Positions 45,150 to 58,800 of a stretch of 64,000 bases of DNA are shown piece after piece. The stretch is from Takakia lepidozioides (taxonomy: Eukaryota > Plantae > Bryophyta): positions 13,206,001 to 13,270,000 of the forward strand of contig CM060734.1 of the NCBI GenBank assembly GCA_030704615.1, in the 5' to 3' direction. The stretch's first letter is position 1; every line of letters starts with the position of its first letter. The translations under genes were made by a program, and so were the position numbers. The notes below the pieces were generated by a model, which was given only the letters and a program-made list of their open reading frames with translations, was not told the DNA's origin and ran no database searches.

Positions 45150-46805
45150 CGCCACCAACACCATAACCACAGAAACCGACCCTCGCCCTCAAACACCTAA
45201 TACGCTACATACCGTACCGGATGACAACCTCTATACAACATCAACCCCCCCACTTGCTACACTCGACCCCTCCACCAACTCCCCACTGAATGCCACAGAA
45301 GCCCACGTCTCCCCCCCACACAACTCAGACGACACTAATGCCTATATCATCGAAGCCATACTAGGGGTAAAAACCCAAACGTCAATTGACGCCTTTGGGG
45401 CCACCTGCATAGATACATACTACCACTGCAAATGGGCTGGGTACTCCTCAGAAGATAACACATGGCAGATAGAGGATGATCTATTCGACCCCCATGACGA
45501 TTGTGACCCGGACCACAACTTGGCCCTTCTCACCACCTTCTATAAACATACCAACACCGATTACCTAACACATCTTCATCATCAACACACTACCCCCACT
45601 CAACCTAGGGACAACCGATACGTCCACCAACCGCTCTTTGCCCCAACGTACACATTTGCATAACTGAATGCAACCCCGACAAAGATGTCCAGCATAACCA
45701 GCCACTTATCCACATGGGCCCCCGCCTCTCCACTATCTACGCGCCACATGGTCGCTTCATGGGGATCATCCCCAACAACCGACTCGCATGGCTATGGGAA
45801 AAGTACTCTGCTGCAAGCGTACACTTACACTCCCTACAACCTTTGAAACAAGACTTTGCCACCGAACTATATTGGCTTGTTGACCGATACCTCAAAGACA
45901 CCCCTCCCAAGAAGCCACGATCCCTCGCCAGACTCAAAACTGCATGCGCACATCACACAATACCACAGGATATTCTTGCCTTACTCATAAACGCCTTTCA
46001 GATCACTCACTTGTATTACTCCAGTCCACTGACATGCCCTATGGACGTACACACATTCTCCAGTCCACATCACATAGACTGTATTTTTGGCGCCACCGGT
46101 AGTGCTACCCAACACATTTGGGTTGGCAGGGGCTTGGCCCACCCCCCCCTGGCCCTCTTACTCATGAAGCTCTTCGTTGGGCAAGAATTGCCGCTCACTC
46201 TTCCCCCTCCACCTCCACAATCCTGATCCTCACACAGCAAAACACACCCAGTACCTCCCACCCTCTCTTATGTCTCCCGGTAGGGGTCAACCTACTAGCC
46301 ACAATTGATCCAAATCAACTTAAGTATGTTCATACCCCCCCTCTCCCCAAATACCTTAAACGGAAAGAACCTACCCTAACCCTGGTCCTACACGTTCAAC
46401 ACCCCCTACACACAGACATACTGACACCCTTCCTCCACCATCTCGAGCAGCTGTTAACCATAACCCATAAAATGAAGGCCACCATCCACTACCCCGATAC
46501 ACCCCTCCACATCCACGCAACCGTCACACCCTTCTGGATTTAAACAAACAATGCTTGGGACATGGCGCAACCCCCCCCCCCCCCCCCCCAAAAAAAGAAA
46601 TACCATCAACCCCCCCCTCCCCCCATTCCTTCAATATATCAACAAAACACCTCCCTCAAGTATCCCCCAACTAACTCAAACTACACGGATGGATCCCTCA
46701 CCAACCATAATGTTGGGTATGGAATTTACCACGCCAGCGACGGTCAGGGCGTTGCCTTACGGCTCCCTGGCCCTACCACCATTCTAAGAGCAGAACTTAT
46801 GGCAC
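45150..46805 (+). mobile_element. LINE copy B: chromodomain, MTase-like segment and start of RNase H
   Basis: YIIEAILGVKTQTSIDAFGATCIDTYYHCKWAGYSSEDNTWQIEDDL; YYSSPLTCP...DCIFGATG...WVGRGLAHPP...HEALRWAR; NYTDGS...LRAELM. Homologous to ~10990-12330. Confidence 0.85.
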
Positions 46806-47109
46806 AAAAACAACTGGAGCAAATTCTGACTTTACCTTTATGCCATGGATATCATTCTCAATAGGGAGGCCTACAAGTCTGAGTGTGGGCCAGAAAGATA
46901 AAGAGACATGTGAGTTATACTTTGTGACCCTTTGGATTTGGAACTGCCCCACTTGAACTCCTACTAGGCTTTAATTGACCTCACTTTAAGTTGGAATTAG
47001 GACAATTTAAATTCTTCTAGATAGAGGTTCGCTATGAAACAGTTGCACCCTCTTTTCCATGGATAAAGAAGTTAAAATATTTAGGCTAGCTTGTACAACT
47101 CATTTAGTG

Positions 47110-47790
47110 AAACTCAGGTGTGGCCTGAACTTTAGAGCTTCTAGCTTGAGCTCCCATTGCTAGAATGCACAAAAAGGCAGATGTATGCCATCCCGGCACC
47201 ATCTCCTCATCTGTCTCACCATGCCACCGAGCCCCAGTATCATCGTGCTCGCTCGTGCATGGATTACGACTCAACCCATCTACATCCTGATTGACTATAC
47301 CGGCTCGATGCACCACCTAGAAGTCATACTTTTGAAGCATAAGTGCCCACCGTGCAAGCTTCCCTGTAAGCTTGTCTGACTCCATCAACCACTTCAATGG
47401 TTGGTGATCCGTGACAAGGGTGAAGAGATTGCCGTAGAGGTAGCATCTAAAATGTGCCACTGCCCATACTATAGCTAGACACTCCCATTCATAGTAACTA
47501 TACTTCGCCTCGATACCATTATTTGAGCGGCTAACATATGCCACCACAAATTCTCTTCCCTCATCATCCACCTGTGTAAGCACTGCTCCAATCCCCAACA
47601 TACTCCAATACGTATGTAGCTGGAAAGGCCGCCCCCAAATAGGCCGCCTCCTTGAGTTCCTCAAAGGCTTCCTCCTGCTCCTCCTCCCACTGCCACTCCT
47701 GACCCACCTTAGTCAACTTGGTAAGAGCTTTGGCAATGCTGCTAAATCCCTTGACAAACCGTCGATAGTAGTTTGTCAACCCCATGAAAG
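47110..47790 (-). mobile_element. Second fragment of Gypsy family B (RNase H region)
   Basis: LGIGAVLTQVDDEGREFVVAY, TDHQPLKWLM and HRAGIVNQDVDGLSRNP; homologous to ~25590-26262. Confidence 0.88.
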
Positions 47791-48216
47791 CACAAAATTG
47801 GCCATACAAAGCAGCCCACATGAGAACATGTCAGAAAAACCTGAAATTTTCAGTGCAGGTGTCTTACCTGGCAGGGTACAAGATTCTGGTTTGTCTCATC
47901 TCAAAAAAATTCATAGCTGGGAAATTCGATAAGAAAAGCTGTGTTTTTTACCCCATTGTAAATAGGAAATTTGTTTTTGGCCCAACTTTCAACATTATAA
48001 TCTTGCAATCCGGCGGTTCGATTTGGACCAGACTTTTTGTGGTCATAGCTGGGGTAGGAACATATTACAACGGTCAGTTTTACACGGCCTGAGGAAATCT
48101 CAATATAGAAATTATTTAGTGGGGAAGGGTCAAGTTTTTGGGAGTGGACCCAAAAATTGGGGTTAGTCCTTTAGGGGTTAACAGATATGGAGGGAACATT
48201 TATGGAGGGTACACTG
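47790..48216 (-). mobile_element. Possible Tc1/mariner-type terminus
   Basis: The minus strand reads TA|CAGTGTACCCTCC at 48216. No partner TIR or transposase seen. Confidence 0.3.
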
Positions 48217-50951
48217 TATTCCTATTGTTTTCCACCAATTTTCATGATGCGAGGTTTGTCCGGTTCCTAGTTTGAGGGATGTGTTGACACGCTTCCACGG
48301 GACAGATAGCAGAGACTAGTATTGATCGAAGGAAGATGCAAGATCAGCAGACAAGAGATGGTACTCTTCACCACGCAGAGATGACAGTACTGTAGAGTGA
48401 TTCGTAGTGAAGAGTGTTTGTGTCGGCCTTAACACGTCATTGTCTTCAGGTTCGGCATAGACATGCAAGACAATGTTCGTCCCTGTGCAAGTCATTCGAG
48501 AATGATTGGGACGACCTTTTGTATCCGATCCCCTGTTCGGACTCCAAACACATATCAGAGATATTAGCCCAAGATGGGTTCGACTTGCCTAGACTTCATT
48601 TACGCTCATATATCTCACAATTCCCAAGTGATACACCCCTTGCAGCTTTACAAAAGTATGTTGGGGCGAAATGATGTTGATTGCTCAAAGTACAGACAAA
48701 CGTAAGTAGGTGGGATCGAAGATCTTGTGAGTTGTCAACCAAACTTGGACAGCGGGGGATGGGTACTGTGCTCGATCCCTGGGTGTCAGAGATGCAAACT
48801 TGACTCATTCCATATGCGATATCTGAAATGCGTGCTCATTCATACTCAGGAGCAATTGGGCAAGATAGCGATGTGCAGATCTGAGCATAAGTGGAGGTGG
48901 GAGAGTAAGAAACGATTTGATGCTATCGCATGCAACCCAAGAGACTGGTGTGCAATTTTTATTCCCTCTTATTTAGAGGAACCCAAAACTAAAAATGAAG
49001 CTTCGATTGAATCCATTGATGGGCATCGGTATAGTTTGGAATTACATCACTGGAGTCCATTGCATAATGATTACAAAACTTCGATCTTTAACTTTTGAGG
49101 AGGCTTGTGATGGATGTTCGATTAGAGAAGCACATAATATGCTCGAAATACATAGGCATTGGACATGTTGGAAGGCATAAACTCTACTCGAATTTTTCTT
49201 TTGGTCCTGCCACAGTTTCATATTAGCCATATGCCTATTTCAGATTCTCGGTTTCTACATGAGACGTCATCTCGGTCTTTGCGTGCCTCACAACAGTATC
49301 CGCAATGCATGTTCCTTTGTTTGCCTTCATGTCATGAAGTGGTGTATGGTAGTTTGTTGAAAACAAGATTTCAACCTAGATTTGGGTAGCAAATCCTGCG
49401 TTTGTGTCTCTCAAGTCATTGGACTTCCTCTGTGATTTGTTCGAAGTCACGAATCCTGTTGGACATAGCTACAACATTCCGATCAGTCCCATGTAGTTTG
49501 CTGAATAGCTGGCACATGTAACAAATGCATGTCGGGGGCGAACCAACAAATTGGTATTTTCAAAGCAACTCTGTGAAATGCATGACAGAAAAGAAGACAA
49601 TTTTTCTCCGCCCACTCGACCTTGTGAAATGAGGTGAGATCATCTATTTGTGAATGCAGTTTCTGAGCAATTCGTTGGCTAATTGTCAGTTGTACTAGCT
49701 AAGAAGTTACGACTGTACTAGCGACATCGGTTACAACAATTACAATTATGATAGACTGGAGTTCATGCTCAACATGGTGCTGAGACATACTTGAAGTAGT
49801 TGCCTCGGGATAGGTTTCAAGAGTTGTGAGAGTGATCTCATGCAACAGAATTGTAAAACTTGCCTCATGGCTATGTTGTTAGTTACGATCGCTCAAGTTG
49901 TTCGATTTATAAGGAGCATCATAGTGCTTCAGGTCTCTTCCGGCATTGAGGTTTTGGCTACTGATTGCCATGACAGTGTATGCTAGCTTTTTGGAGGATC
50001 CTCTCTCTGCTGCACAGGCCTGAAGATCTGTTACCCAGAACAGAACTGTTGCACAGGCTCTGCAGATCTGTTGATCAACCCCTCGCCTCTGTGGAGTTTG
50101 TAAATGTCTTTAATGTCCTGAGTCATTGTGGCAACTCCCGGAAACCCCAGGGTTCTTGTTTCCAGTATAATCCAAAGAAGGATTGCCCTGGATTTCAAGC
50201 CGGTACCTGCACTGCCCACCCGAGACTCCTGTAAACCATCTCTGACAGACGACAAAGCTAGAGGGCAGGCAATGAGGAACTTGCTTGTCAAGCCTCTAAC
50301 AAGAATTACGGATTTTCTGTGCTCTTTTGGGAGGATTATGCCAGACAGAGCCTCGAGGATTAACCATTCGACTGTTTAGATGAGTAGCAAAGCGAACTCC
50401 TGAAGATGGGGGTTATACCTTAGATCTTTCCTCCGACAGCCTGAATCAGTATTTCTGCTCAAACTCGTGATTGCGTCGATCTATAATTCTTGCAATCGGA
50501 CCTGAAGGTAGGGCATAGCCCACGTTCGCAGGAACAGCTCTCTCTACAAATATGTGACCCTCACTACATCTTCTCCTGCAGTTTGATCGCAGTTCCAATT
50601 CCAGTCCCATTCCCCTTATTGTTTGGGCATCAAAACAAACAACTGCCAAATCTTAGATTCGTCACCTCTGTGTGCACTGTTCATAGCCTTAGAGGTCGAG
50701 ACTAAACGATCAGACTATTTAGCTCAGTAGCAAAGCGCAATCCTGTGCTTTCGAATATTTTAAATGTGGCTTATACTGTAAATCTGTCAGAGTCTCTGAA
50801 TGCACCAGAGCTGTGTGTCTGATCCAACTCCTGGTTTGCTTGCGATGGCAAGTTCCACTCCATAATCCTTTGCAGGTTTAGTATTCGGCACTAACAATGC
50901 CCTTAAGGTAGGTCACGACTCACGTTGGCAGGTGCAGTCAATGAGTACATC

Positions 50952-50986
50952 TGTGTGTGTATGTGTGTGGGTGTGTTTGTGTGGGT
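50952..50986 (+). repeat. Imperfect (GT)n microsatellite upstream of the SAM gene
   Basis: tgtgtgtgtatgtgtgtgggtgtgtttgtgtgggt. Confidence 0.7.
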
Positions 50987-51101
50987 GGCCCAGATTCGTT
51001 CTTCTACTGCTTTTTCATTAGAAAGTTCCAATTCAATGCAAGGGTGAAAATTAAGAGGCTGCAGAGAATTGCAACTAACGGGGAATAGGGCGAGATACGA
51101 A

Positions 51102-52996
51102 ATGGCCAAGACCAAACGGAAGCATCTGGCAGCTCTCGAAGCAATCAAAGACATCGTCCCTGTGACCGAGAAAGAACACAAGACCCATTATTTCCAGGCA
51201 GAACGCAGGCTTTCAAGCAAACCAGCACCGAAAGAAGTGTCTCCAGTGGTCGAAGTGAGACAACAGCGTGTTATTATCTGGATTCCTCCCCCAACCTCAA
51301 ACCCTAAGCGAAGGGCTCCCCAATCCCTGACAAATACCAACGGAGTTGCCGAAGCAGTGACAAATGACGAAGCCACAACGGTTTCCAGGAAGAGGAAGCA
51401 TGCCATCGAGGAGGCGAAAGAAGCAGATTCTCCCGCCACTGACCCAGCAGAGGTCAACAGGAGCTACTCAAAGGTATGGGATTCTGTTTCTTGTCGTATT
51501 GTAACACTCATCAAGCCTGATGCCTCATCATGTCGTTTCTAGGAGGTTTGCTTTGGTCAGGCATAGTTGGGGTTCTGTGTGCATCCTCTGGACTTCCCAT
51601 GAAGAGTTTGAAGAAAAATTACGCTCTGCATCCCCCCTTGGCATGAGTTTACGTTTCTACCACTGGGTCACAAATCTAAGTGTGACTGACTCCATGCACC
51701 TTCTAGACATTCATAAGTTCGATATTCTGTTGTGTTCTCACACCTTAGGTCATACTCAAGCTCGGCAACTGGAGAAGAGAGAAGGTGATCGACGAGGCTG
51801 GGCCTTCAATGGAGGCTGCCCAAGTCATCACTACAGAGGCTGGACCTTTATTAGCTACCCAAGTCAACATTACAGAACAATCTACCCACAAACCAAGTAC
51901 TAAGATTGAGCTTTATATGTCTCCCAAAAAGAGGACAAGATCCCAGCGTGTAACCTCCAAAATTCCTCCCTCCCTACCTGCACCCTTGGGGTGTGAAGCT
52001 GGAAGTGAAGCTGTTCCAGCTGACAATTTCTGCGACCCTCCTGTAGGGATAAATGGCAGCAGTAAGAGAGAGACAGATGGAGTACCTGAAGACTGCAATA
52101 GGGAGAGAATTGCAGAAACTCCCACAATATTGAACAAAAAATGGCCACCTGTGATACAGAAGAGAAGAGCAAGTTCCCTGAAGGGTTTACTAGCAGCTGA
52201 TCCAGGCCCCCAAAGTCCAATTGACAAGGTAGAAGAGATGACTATGATCAGAAAAATAGAGGCTGTGCCTTCAATGGAGACCGCTCAACCCATCACTACA
52301 GAGAAATCTCCCCATGAGCCAACGAGTAAGATAGGTCTTTACATGTCTTCAAAAAGGAGAACAAGACCCCAGCGGGTTGTCTTCAATATCCCTCCATTAC
52401 CTGCGCCAGAGGTAATGAGGTGTGCCGCTGAAAGTGAAGCTGTTCAAGCTAATGCCTGTGCCTCCCCTGTCGGGATGACTTTCCACTGTAAGAGAGAGAC
52501 AAATGGCGTACTTGAAGACTGCACTAGAGACACACTGGCGGATACTCCCACCACGTTGAGCAAAAAGAGTCCACCTGCGACACAGAAAAGACGAGCAAGC
52601 TCTCTGAAGGGTTTGTTGGCAGCTGATCCAGCCCCCCAAAGTCCATTTGACAAGATAGGAGGAATGCCCATGAACAGAAAAGCCGAGGCTGCAACGGGCA
52701 CAGATAAACAGATTTCTATGAATGAACAGCAGAAAGTTTCTGTTTCTTTAAATAGGCCAACCCTCTGCAACAGAGTAAATAGACCAGAAGTAGTGACAGC
52801 AAAGCTGAAGGAATCAGGAGGCTTAAATGAATGGCTGATTGAGCGAGGGCTTGGGGTGTTTGTTGGATTGTTTGAAGAGAGGAAGATTGACGAAGCTGCC
52901 TTGGTGCAGCTCACGATGGGATCTCTTAAGGAGATGGGAGTCCATGCGGTGGGACCACGTAGAAAATTGATTTCTGCAATAGAGGGTCTTCTCTGA
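51102..52996 (+). CDS. SAM (sterile alpha motif) domain protein, 2 exons (51102-51473, 51749-52996), ~539 aa
   Basis: ATG at 51102. A phase-0 intron AAG|gtatgg...ccttag|GTC joins the two ORFs in frame. C-terminal LNEWLIERGLGVFVGLFEERKIDEAALVQLTMGSLKEMGVHAVGPRRKLISAI is a SAM domain. No internal stops. Confidence 0.85.
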
Positions 52997-54635
52997 TCTT
53001 GTTGTGTGCCCCTTGGTGATATGCCTCAGCAGCTTTATTATGTGCTGTAGCTTCAAGCTTCAAATCTTGAGAATTGCTCCTTCCCCCTGTAGGTGCACAC
53101 CCCCATCTATTGTGTGGCCTTGGATCATGTCATCTGTAAACTGTTCTAACATGTGATTACTGGGGAAATACGGGGGCTTGGTAATTCTTGTTCGAAGGAT
53201 TGGAGACTGTTGGCAGATTGTGTCATCGAGACCAGAATTCCAAAAAGTTCAGCCCTTGGACGAACATATTTGATTCTTGACTGCATGCACTCTGCTTGTA
53301 GAGCATGTCTGCAAGAAAAGACATGCCTATAAGTGAGGCTTGGTGTATACAACGTAGAGCGAAGCTCTACCACACCAGCAAGTTCTTAGGTAACCCACAA
53401 ACCCATATTAAATGCTTGGTCATTTCAGGGGAGAGGTTACTTCTTTCTGTATTGGTGTTCTGAGAGATCTGGAGTCAGGTTTTGTTCAAAACCATGTGAA
53501 AGATCACAAGTCAGTCTGGCTTGTTCATGGTATGACCGTGTTCAAAATCGTATTTCTTGTTCTTCTGCTATCTGGCCTCAAACCTTCGTGGCCCGAACAC
53601 TGTTGGATGCCAAGCAGATGACATTCACCTACGCCATAACACATGTTCCATCCATCTAAGTGATGTTTCTGCTTGGCCCCCAAGCAGAAACATCAAGGGC
53701 ATGACCCCCTCCTCTTTCCTTCACATGAACCTGTTGTTCCCTCAGCAATCTATCTGAACCTTCAGATCTGGTATAATTCTTCTTGAGCCTCCAGGTCTCC
53801 TGGAGGACTCTTTGGTAACCAAAATCTCTTCAATATCTTTTATCAGCAGGCAATAGCCCTCCAGATAGTGGTTCCCTTCATTTACGACAGATTCTCAACG
53901 AAATGTTTCATTACAGTTTCATGTCTGGAATATTGCAGTCCATTTTAGTAGGGTACTGGTTTGTGAAAAAGAGAATTGTCGCTGATCATGGCATATGGCC
54001 CTCGGGTGTACTATTCCTTAGCAGCTTGGAAGTATCAGCAGACCCTCAGAATCTGCGCTCTGTAGGTGCATATCCCATCAATTTTGTCAAGTTTTCTTAT
54101 GGCCTTGGATCATTTCAGTTTGTTTTCTTATGGCCTTGGATCATGTCATAAAAAAACTCTTGTGACATGTTTCTGGAGAAATAAGCGATCCGAGGTCATT
54201 TGATTGAAGGCAATTGGCACCTGCTTCTATGAGACCTATCTCATCAACTTCAGCCTTTGGGCCAGCGTGTTCCATTCGTGCTTGCACACTCTCCTTCTAT
54301 AGCGTGCCAAGACGAAAAGTGGCTGTAAGACTGGTGTAGTATAGAACGCAGCTCTGCAAAACCAGTATTTCCTCACAGCCGCTTTTCTAGCTTATATAGA
54401 TTTCAGAAAGAAACAACTCAAATAGGATAAACTATAACTTGTCGAAAAGACAAAAAGGTACAACAGTTATAGCCATTTGTTTAAAAGCCTTCATATTTTA
54501 CAAGGAATCTGCATGTATATGACCTTCTATGTCAGGTTTAACCTACTAGCAGTCGAAAGAACCACTATGGCCAGGAACATAAATGGTCAAATACTAGATT
54601 GAAACCAAAAGATGTGCCAAAGACCCCATATCTGT

Positions 54636-55166
54636 TTATAACAGACAAGGAGGTGGAGAGAATGTACTCATAAGATGTTGTTTGCCACAGCCTTGTGCCA
54701 TTGACCCCGCGCCCAGTTTGAGCTGAACACAAAGGGGGACAGAACTTACCTCTGTCAGGGGCTGACGTGGGTAGTAAGACTTACCTTGATATAAAACATT
54801 GATCTGGGTTTTCCAGATATCCTCTAGAAATCCCTTCACACAAGCATCAATCTGCTGTGTGTGGTTTGCCCAATAACTAGGCCCCAAAAGGGCCTGGGCT
54901 TTTGGCTCAGCCTCGAGACTTTCAAAGTTGGTAATAAGAGGTACAGGCACAATTCCCTTGATAAATTTGAAGAGAGTGTCTCTCTGGTGAGAGGACCCCG
55001 GACAGTGAATCAGGAAATGAATATTGTCTTCGGGTTGCCCACACAACGGGCAATTGCACTCTCCCTTTCCTCCCTGCTTCTGTTTGTTGTTCAAAGGTAG
55101 GCTTCCCGCCCTGAGTTTCAATTTCAGTCTAGTGCCGAGAATGGGTAGACCCTTGAGGTCATTCAT
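54636..55166 (-). mobile_element. 3' fragment of another LINE family (post-RT zinc knuckle)
   Basis: KLRAGSLPLN...CPLCGQPEDNIHFLIHCP. Confidence 0.7.
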
Positions 55167-55329
55167 GATGTCCTCCCCATGTCAAAGGAGGTGGAGAGAA
55201 AGGGAAGGGTATAGACAGAATTAAAAAATAGTGCATACTCGTCAGGGGCTAACATCGGTAGAAGGTCAACTTACTGCTAGTCTACAACTTCAGTGTTAGA
55301 CTCGTGAACGCAATGCAATCGCAAATGAA

Positions 55330-55610
55330 TGTGATCTTGAAAGCTTCACCCCTTCCCGCATCCTTTGCTCATAGGTCTCCAAAGCCTCTATCTTGCACCC
55401 ATGCTTGACATATCTTATGATCGTCGACCACCAGTACGCTCTAAGACACCACATTTCACTCCATTTGCATCCTCGATGATGCTACATTGCAGTGTTCAGA
55501 ATGTTGTCTGGTACAATTCTAGCTTTGATGCTATCAGCATGGACCTCTTTGCCTTATTCGAGGTTGTCAGGCTCGTACATGCACTTCAAACACAAAAAAA
55601 CGTGATGTGG
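55330..55610 (-). pseudogene. Highly degraded PPR remnant
   Basis: The reverse complement resembles the 43-44 kb PPR DNA (HITF.CV.SACTSL...KEVH...IKARIVPDNILNTA). Confidence 0.6.
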
Positions 55611-55884
55611 TGGAGCTCGAAAGAATCAAACCTTGTCATCTACTCATATGTCTTGAAGACACTCTTACTAGATATACCTGTGTTTTTTAAATCCCCCATC
55701 ATAATATCCCAATGATCAAACCCTAAACTTGGTGGACGATGCTCCCGCACCCCACATCACACACCTCACTTCACACTTAATAACATCCCTCTCTTCCACT
55801 TCTCCCTTCCCTTACCTTTATATATCCTCAAATCATAGTATTTCAAATTTAAAAGTATAAAAGTTTTTATATTTTATTGCTGAA

Positions 55885-58800
55885 TCTCCATCTGGAATAT
55901 CCAAGATGATCATGTCGCAAGACCACTCGGTGACTTTTCCACCCCTCCTACAATCCTTCCCTGCACACACCTTCTCAAAGAACGAGACCATCTTTTGAAA
56001 CCCAGGGGTGTCGGAAGGCTCTTCGGCAGCTGCCTTCTTCAGTGCTCTGCTCTTCAGCCCCTCCATGGACCTGATGTATGCCAACTTGGCTGCCCGCCCA
56101 TCCAAAGCCGCCAAGAAACTCTCATTCACACACTGCACTACTGTTTTTGGCTCCACTTTCGGCCTCTTCATTTCCACCGGCTCGAAAAAGGTGCCCCCCC
56201 GGGGGGTTGAAGAGTGTCTTCTTTGCTCAGCCTGTTCTCATCCCTTTCGTGACAACGGTGGCCGCAGGGGATTTAGGCTGTGTTTCGGGGGGTGGGCTGG
56301 TTGCAAATTCTCCATCGAAGCCCTTTTCTTCACCCTCTTCCTGTTCTTTCTGTTTCTGCTTCTTCGTCTTCTTGGGTGTCACAACTGCTACTCCTTGCTG
56401 GCGAGTCCTCTTCTTCGACCCCTTTTGTTGAGCCTGCACAGCTGCATCCACCGTCTTCTGTGCCATTTCAGCTGCCTTTCTGGATTCTTCCAGAGCAGCA
56501 ACGTCCTTTGTCTTTTCAGGCCCAGCAGGGACACGTATTTCCCTTCTCTTCTCCTTCGCTTTCGCATGCAGGTCTTTCTCCGATTTGTCAACAAGTCCGC
56601 TAGACATGTCCAGGTACCAGGGGCATCCAGCGAGATGAGATGCATGTCATTGTTTCTGCATCTCTGATGTGTAGACACAGCTTGCGCCCGACACGGTCCA
56701 AGCCATGAAAAACGGGGGCTCTTGCGCCAGGGCCCCTATCTTAAATAGCAGGTATTTCATATACCTGCAACACACACCACATGCATCAGTACAGATTTTG
56801 AAGAATGTATCCGCAGAGTGCAACCAAAAACATAAAGTGCGAATGCGGTGCCGCATTTCCCAGACAAACCTCATATCCCAGGTTTTGCATACAACGGGAG
56901 CTGGGCTTTACCTGTACACAATTCGCATTGCTACTTTTCCCGCCCCCTCCTGATGTGTATACTCCACGCTCTTTCTTGTTGTCTGCAGCTCCCTGGCGAA
57001 GAGGTTGTCCTTGTACGCACATCTGAAACGTATCACGTACTCTTCCAATGTCTGTGTTCCATCCCATTTGACGTACAATTCGAACGAATTTGTATGGAGG
57101 ATGACTTGCTCCTTCGCATTCGTCATTACCTGCGTTTCCAACATGCATTATCACATAGTCGTTCATGGAATTCATGCCAGCAAAGCAAATGGGGGGAAGT
57201 ACCTTGAATTACTTGGAACCACCAAGTCATGCGGTTGAGCCAGACATCCACTACAGGGTCGAAAACTTCGAGTGGAAAAGACTACATGGTCCTTATACTC
57301 TCCGATGCATTCCAGATCGACAACCACCTTGTCTGCCATTTCCGATCCAATGTTAGGAGCAGGAAGTACATACGCTATTGCTAGAAAGGAAATTCAGTGC
57401 AGTGCAACCTCACCTTCTCTTTCGCCTCCACACATGCCGTTGAGAGATGATGTAGTTTCTCCAACTGCATGGTCGGCTCCATGGCCCGAGAATAATGTTT
57501 TGCAATCTCGGGGATGAAGTCCTTTCCGAGAGCCGGATCTGCAATGGCCACCAGCTTCACAAGCTTTGACTTGTATTTGGTTCTGGACTTCACCCTGGCT
57601 TCCCACTTCCGTCAATGCCTGCAATGTTTTGGACTGCCCCTCAGTTTCCATGAAGAAGCGTTTGGCATGGGCCAAATCCAGCTTGATGTTTGACTGCAAA
57701 GAACAACATATAGAAGCATTATATAAGATCCATGTGGACAGATGACTGGAAATTGGGGAAGGATCAGGAGAGGAAAATGGGAGGACGACTTACTTCGTAT
57801 ATCACCTCTACCATTCCATCCATAGTGAGCCGATACCATGTCCGGTCTGTTTTAGCCATGGCTTTTTTAATGAGCTCGGGCTCCAGCATTTTGGCAAACA
57901 TGTGCGGGTCAGTGAGACCAATTTTCCTCACCCTGTATAGCATATGTGCCATATGGGTATGCACGTACGCATTTTTCAGTGACCCTGCAAGGCCCACTCT
58001 CCAATTCAGTCCACTGAAGGGCGGAAACAGAACTGATTGGAAAAAGGAATGCGGCACTGCATTTCGGATCTGCATGGGAGGGGATGAGAATCTCACGAGT
58101 TCAGGTCCGCCATAGCATTTTTGAGCAGGGAGGAGTCTGCCGCCTTCACCTTGAGGATGACACACTCCACCATGTAATGCTAGCCAATTTGCTTGGCATG
58201 GTTCTGCTTGATGTACTCCCACTAGGCAAGAAGTCGGTGATTCCCATCCCACACAAAAAACATTTTGCCCGACATATGGCCGAAGTCTGGATCACCCTTC
58301 AGCATTGTCTCGAATTCGTCGTTGCGAGTGTGCCAGTGGGTATCCCATGCTGACAATTCTTCCGCAGTGGGTCCATGAGTTTCGCCGTCCTCATTCTCAA
58401 TGGAAACGTAGAAGGCGGGAGAACCCAAACGATACCCTTCTCGAAATGCGAACTTGAGCTTATCCACATCTCCTGGAAGAGCCTGCCTGACGATGGGGAG
58501 GGAGACCATGCGACAGAGTGGAATTCAAAGTGTCCGTTGGAATACCCTGCTGCCCAGAACTTTGCCAATACTGCTGTGTGTCTCCTCCAACATTGTATCC
58601 GCTGCACTTTGGAATTCCTCCGGAGACATATCTGCAGGTGGCGGTAGGGGCTGAGCAGATGGAGCATCCCCAACTGCACCTGTAGTCTGAGGAATATATG
58701 CGGGCAATTGTCGCATTTCAGAGGCCTCATGCGGGCCTACAATATTTTGAAGTTCTTCCACAATGGCCACCAACATCACCTGTCTCAAAATCAAGCAGGA

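Noticed and set aside
48300-50760. Scattered short ORFs and a weak local duplication (~50350-50400 vs ~50685-50745)
   Set aside because: No recognisable domain or consistent exon structure.
53110-54360. Diverged duplication starting GGCCTTGGATCATGTCAT (~53117 and ~54132)
   Set aside because: Low similarity beyond the seed and no coding signal; probably old 3'-flank duplication.
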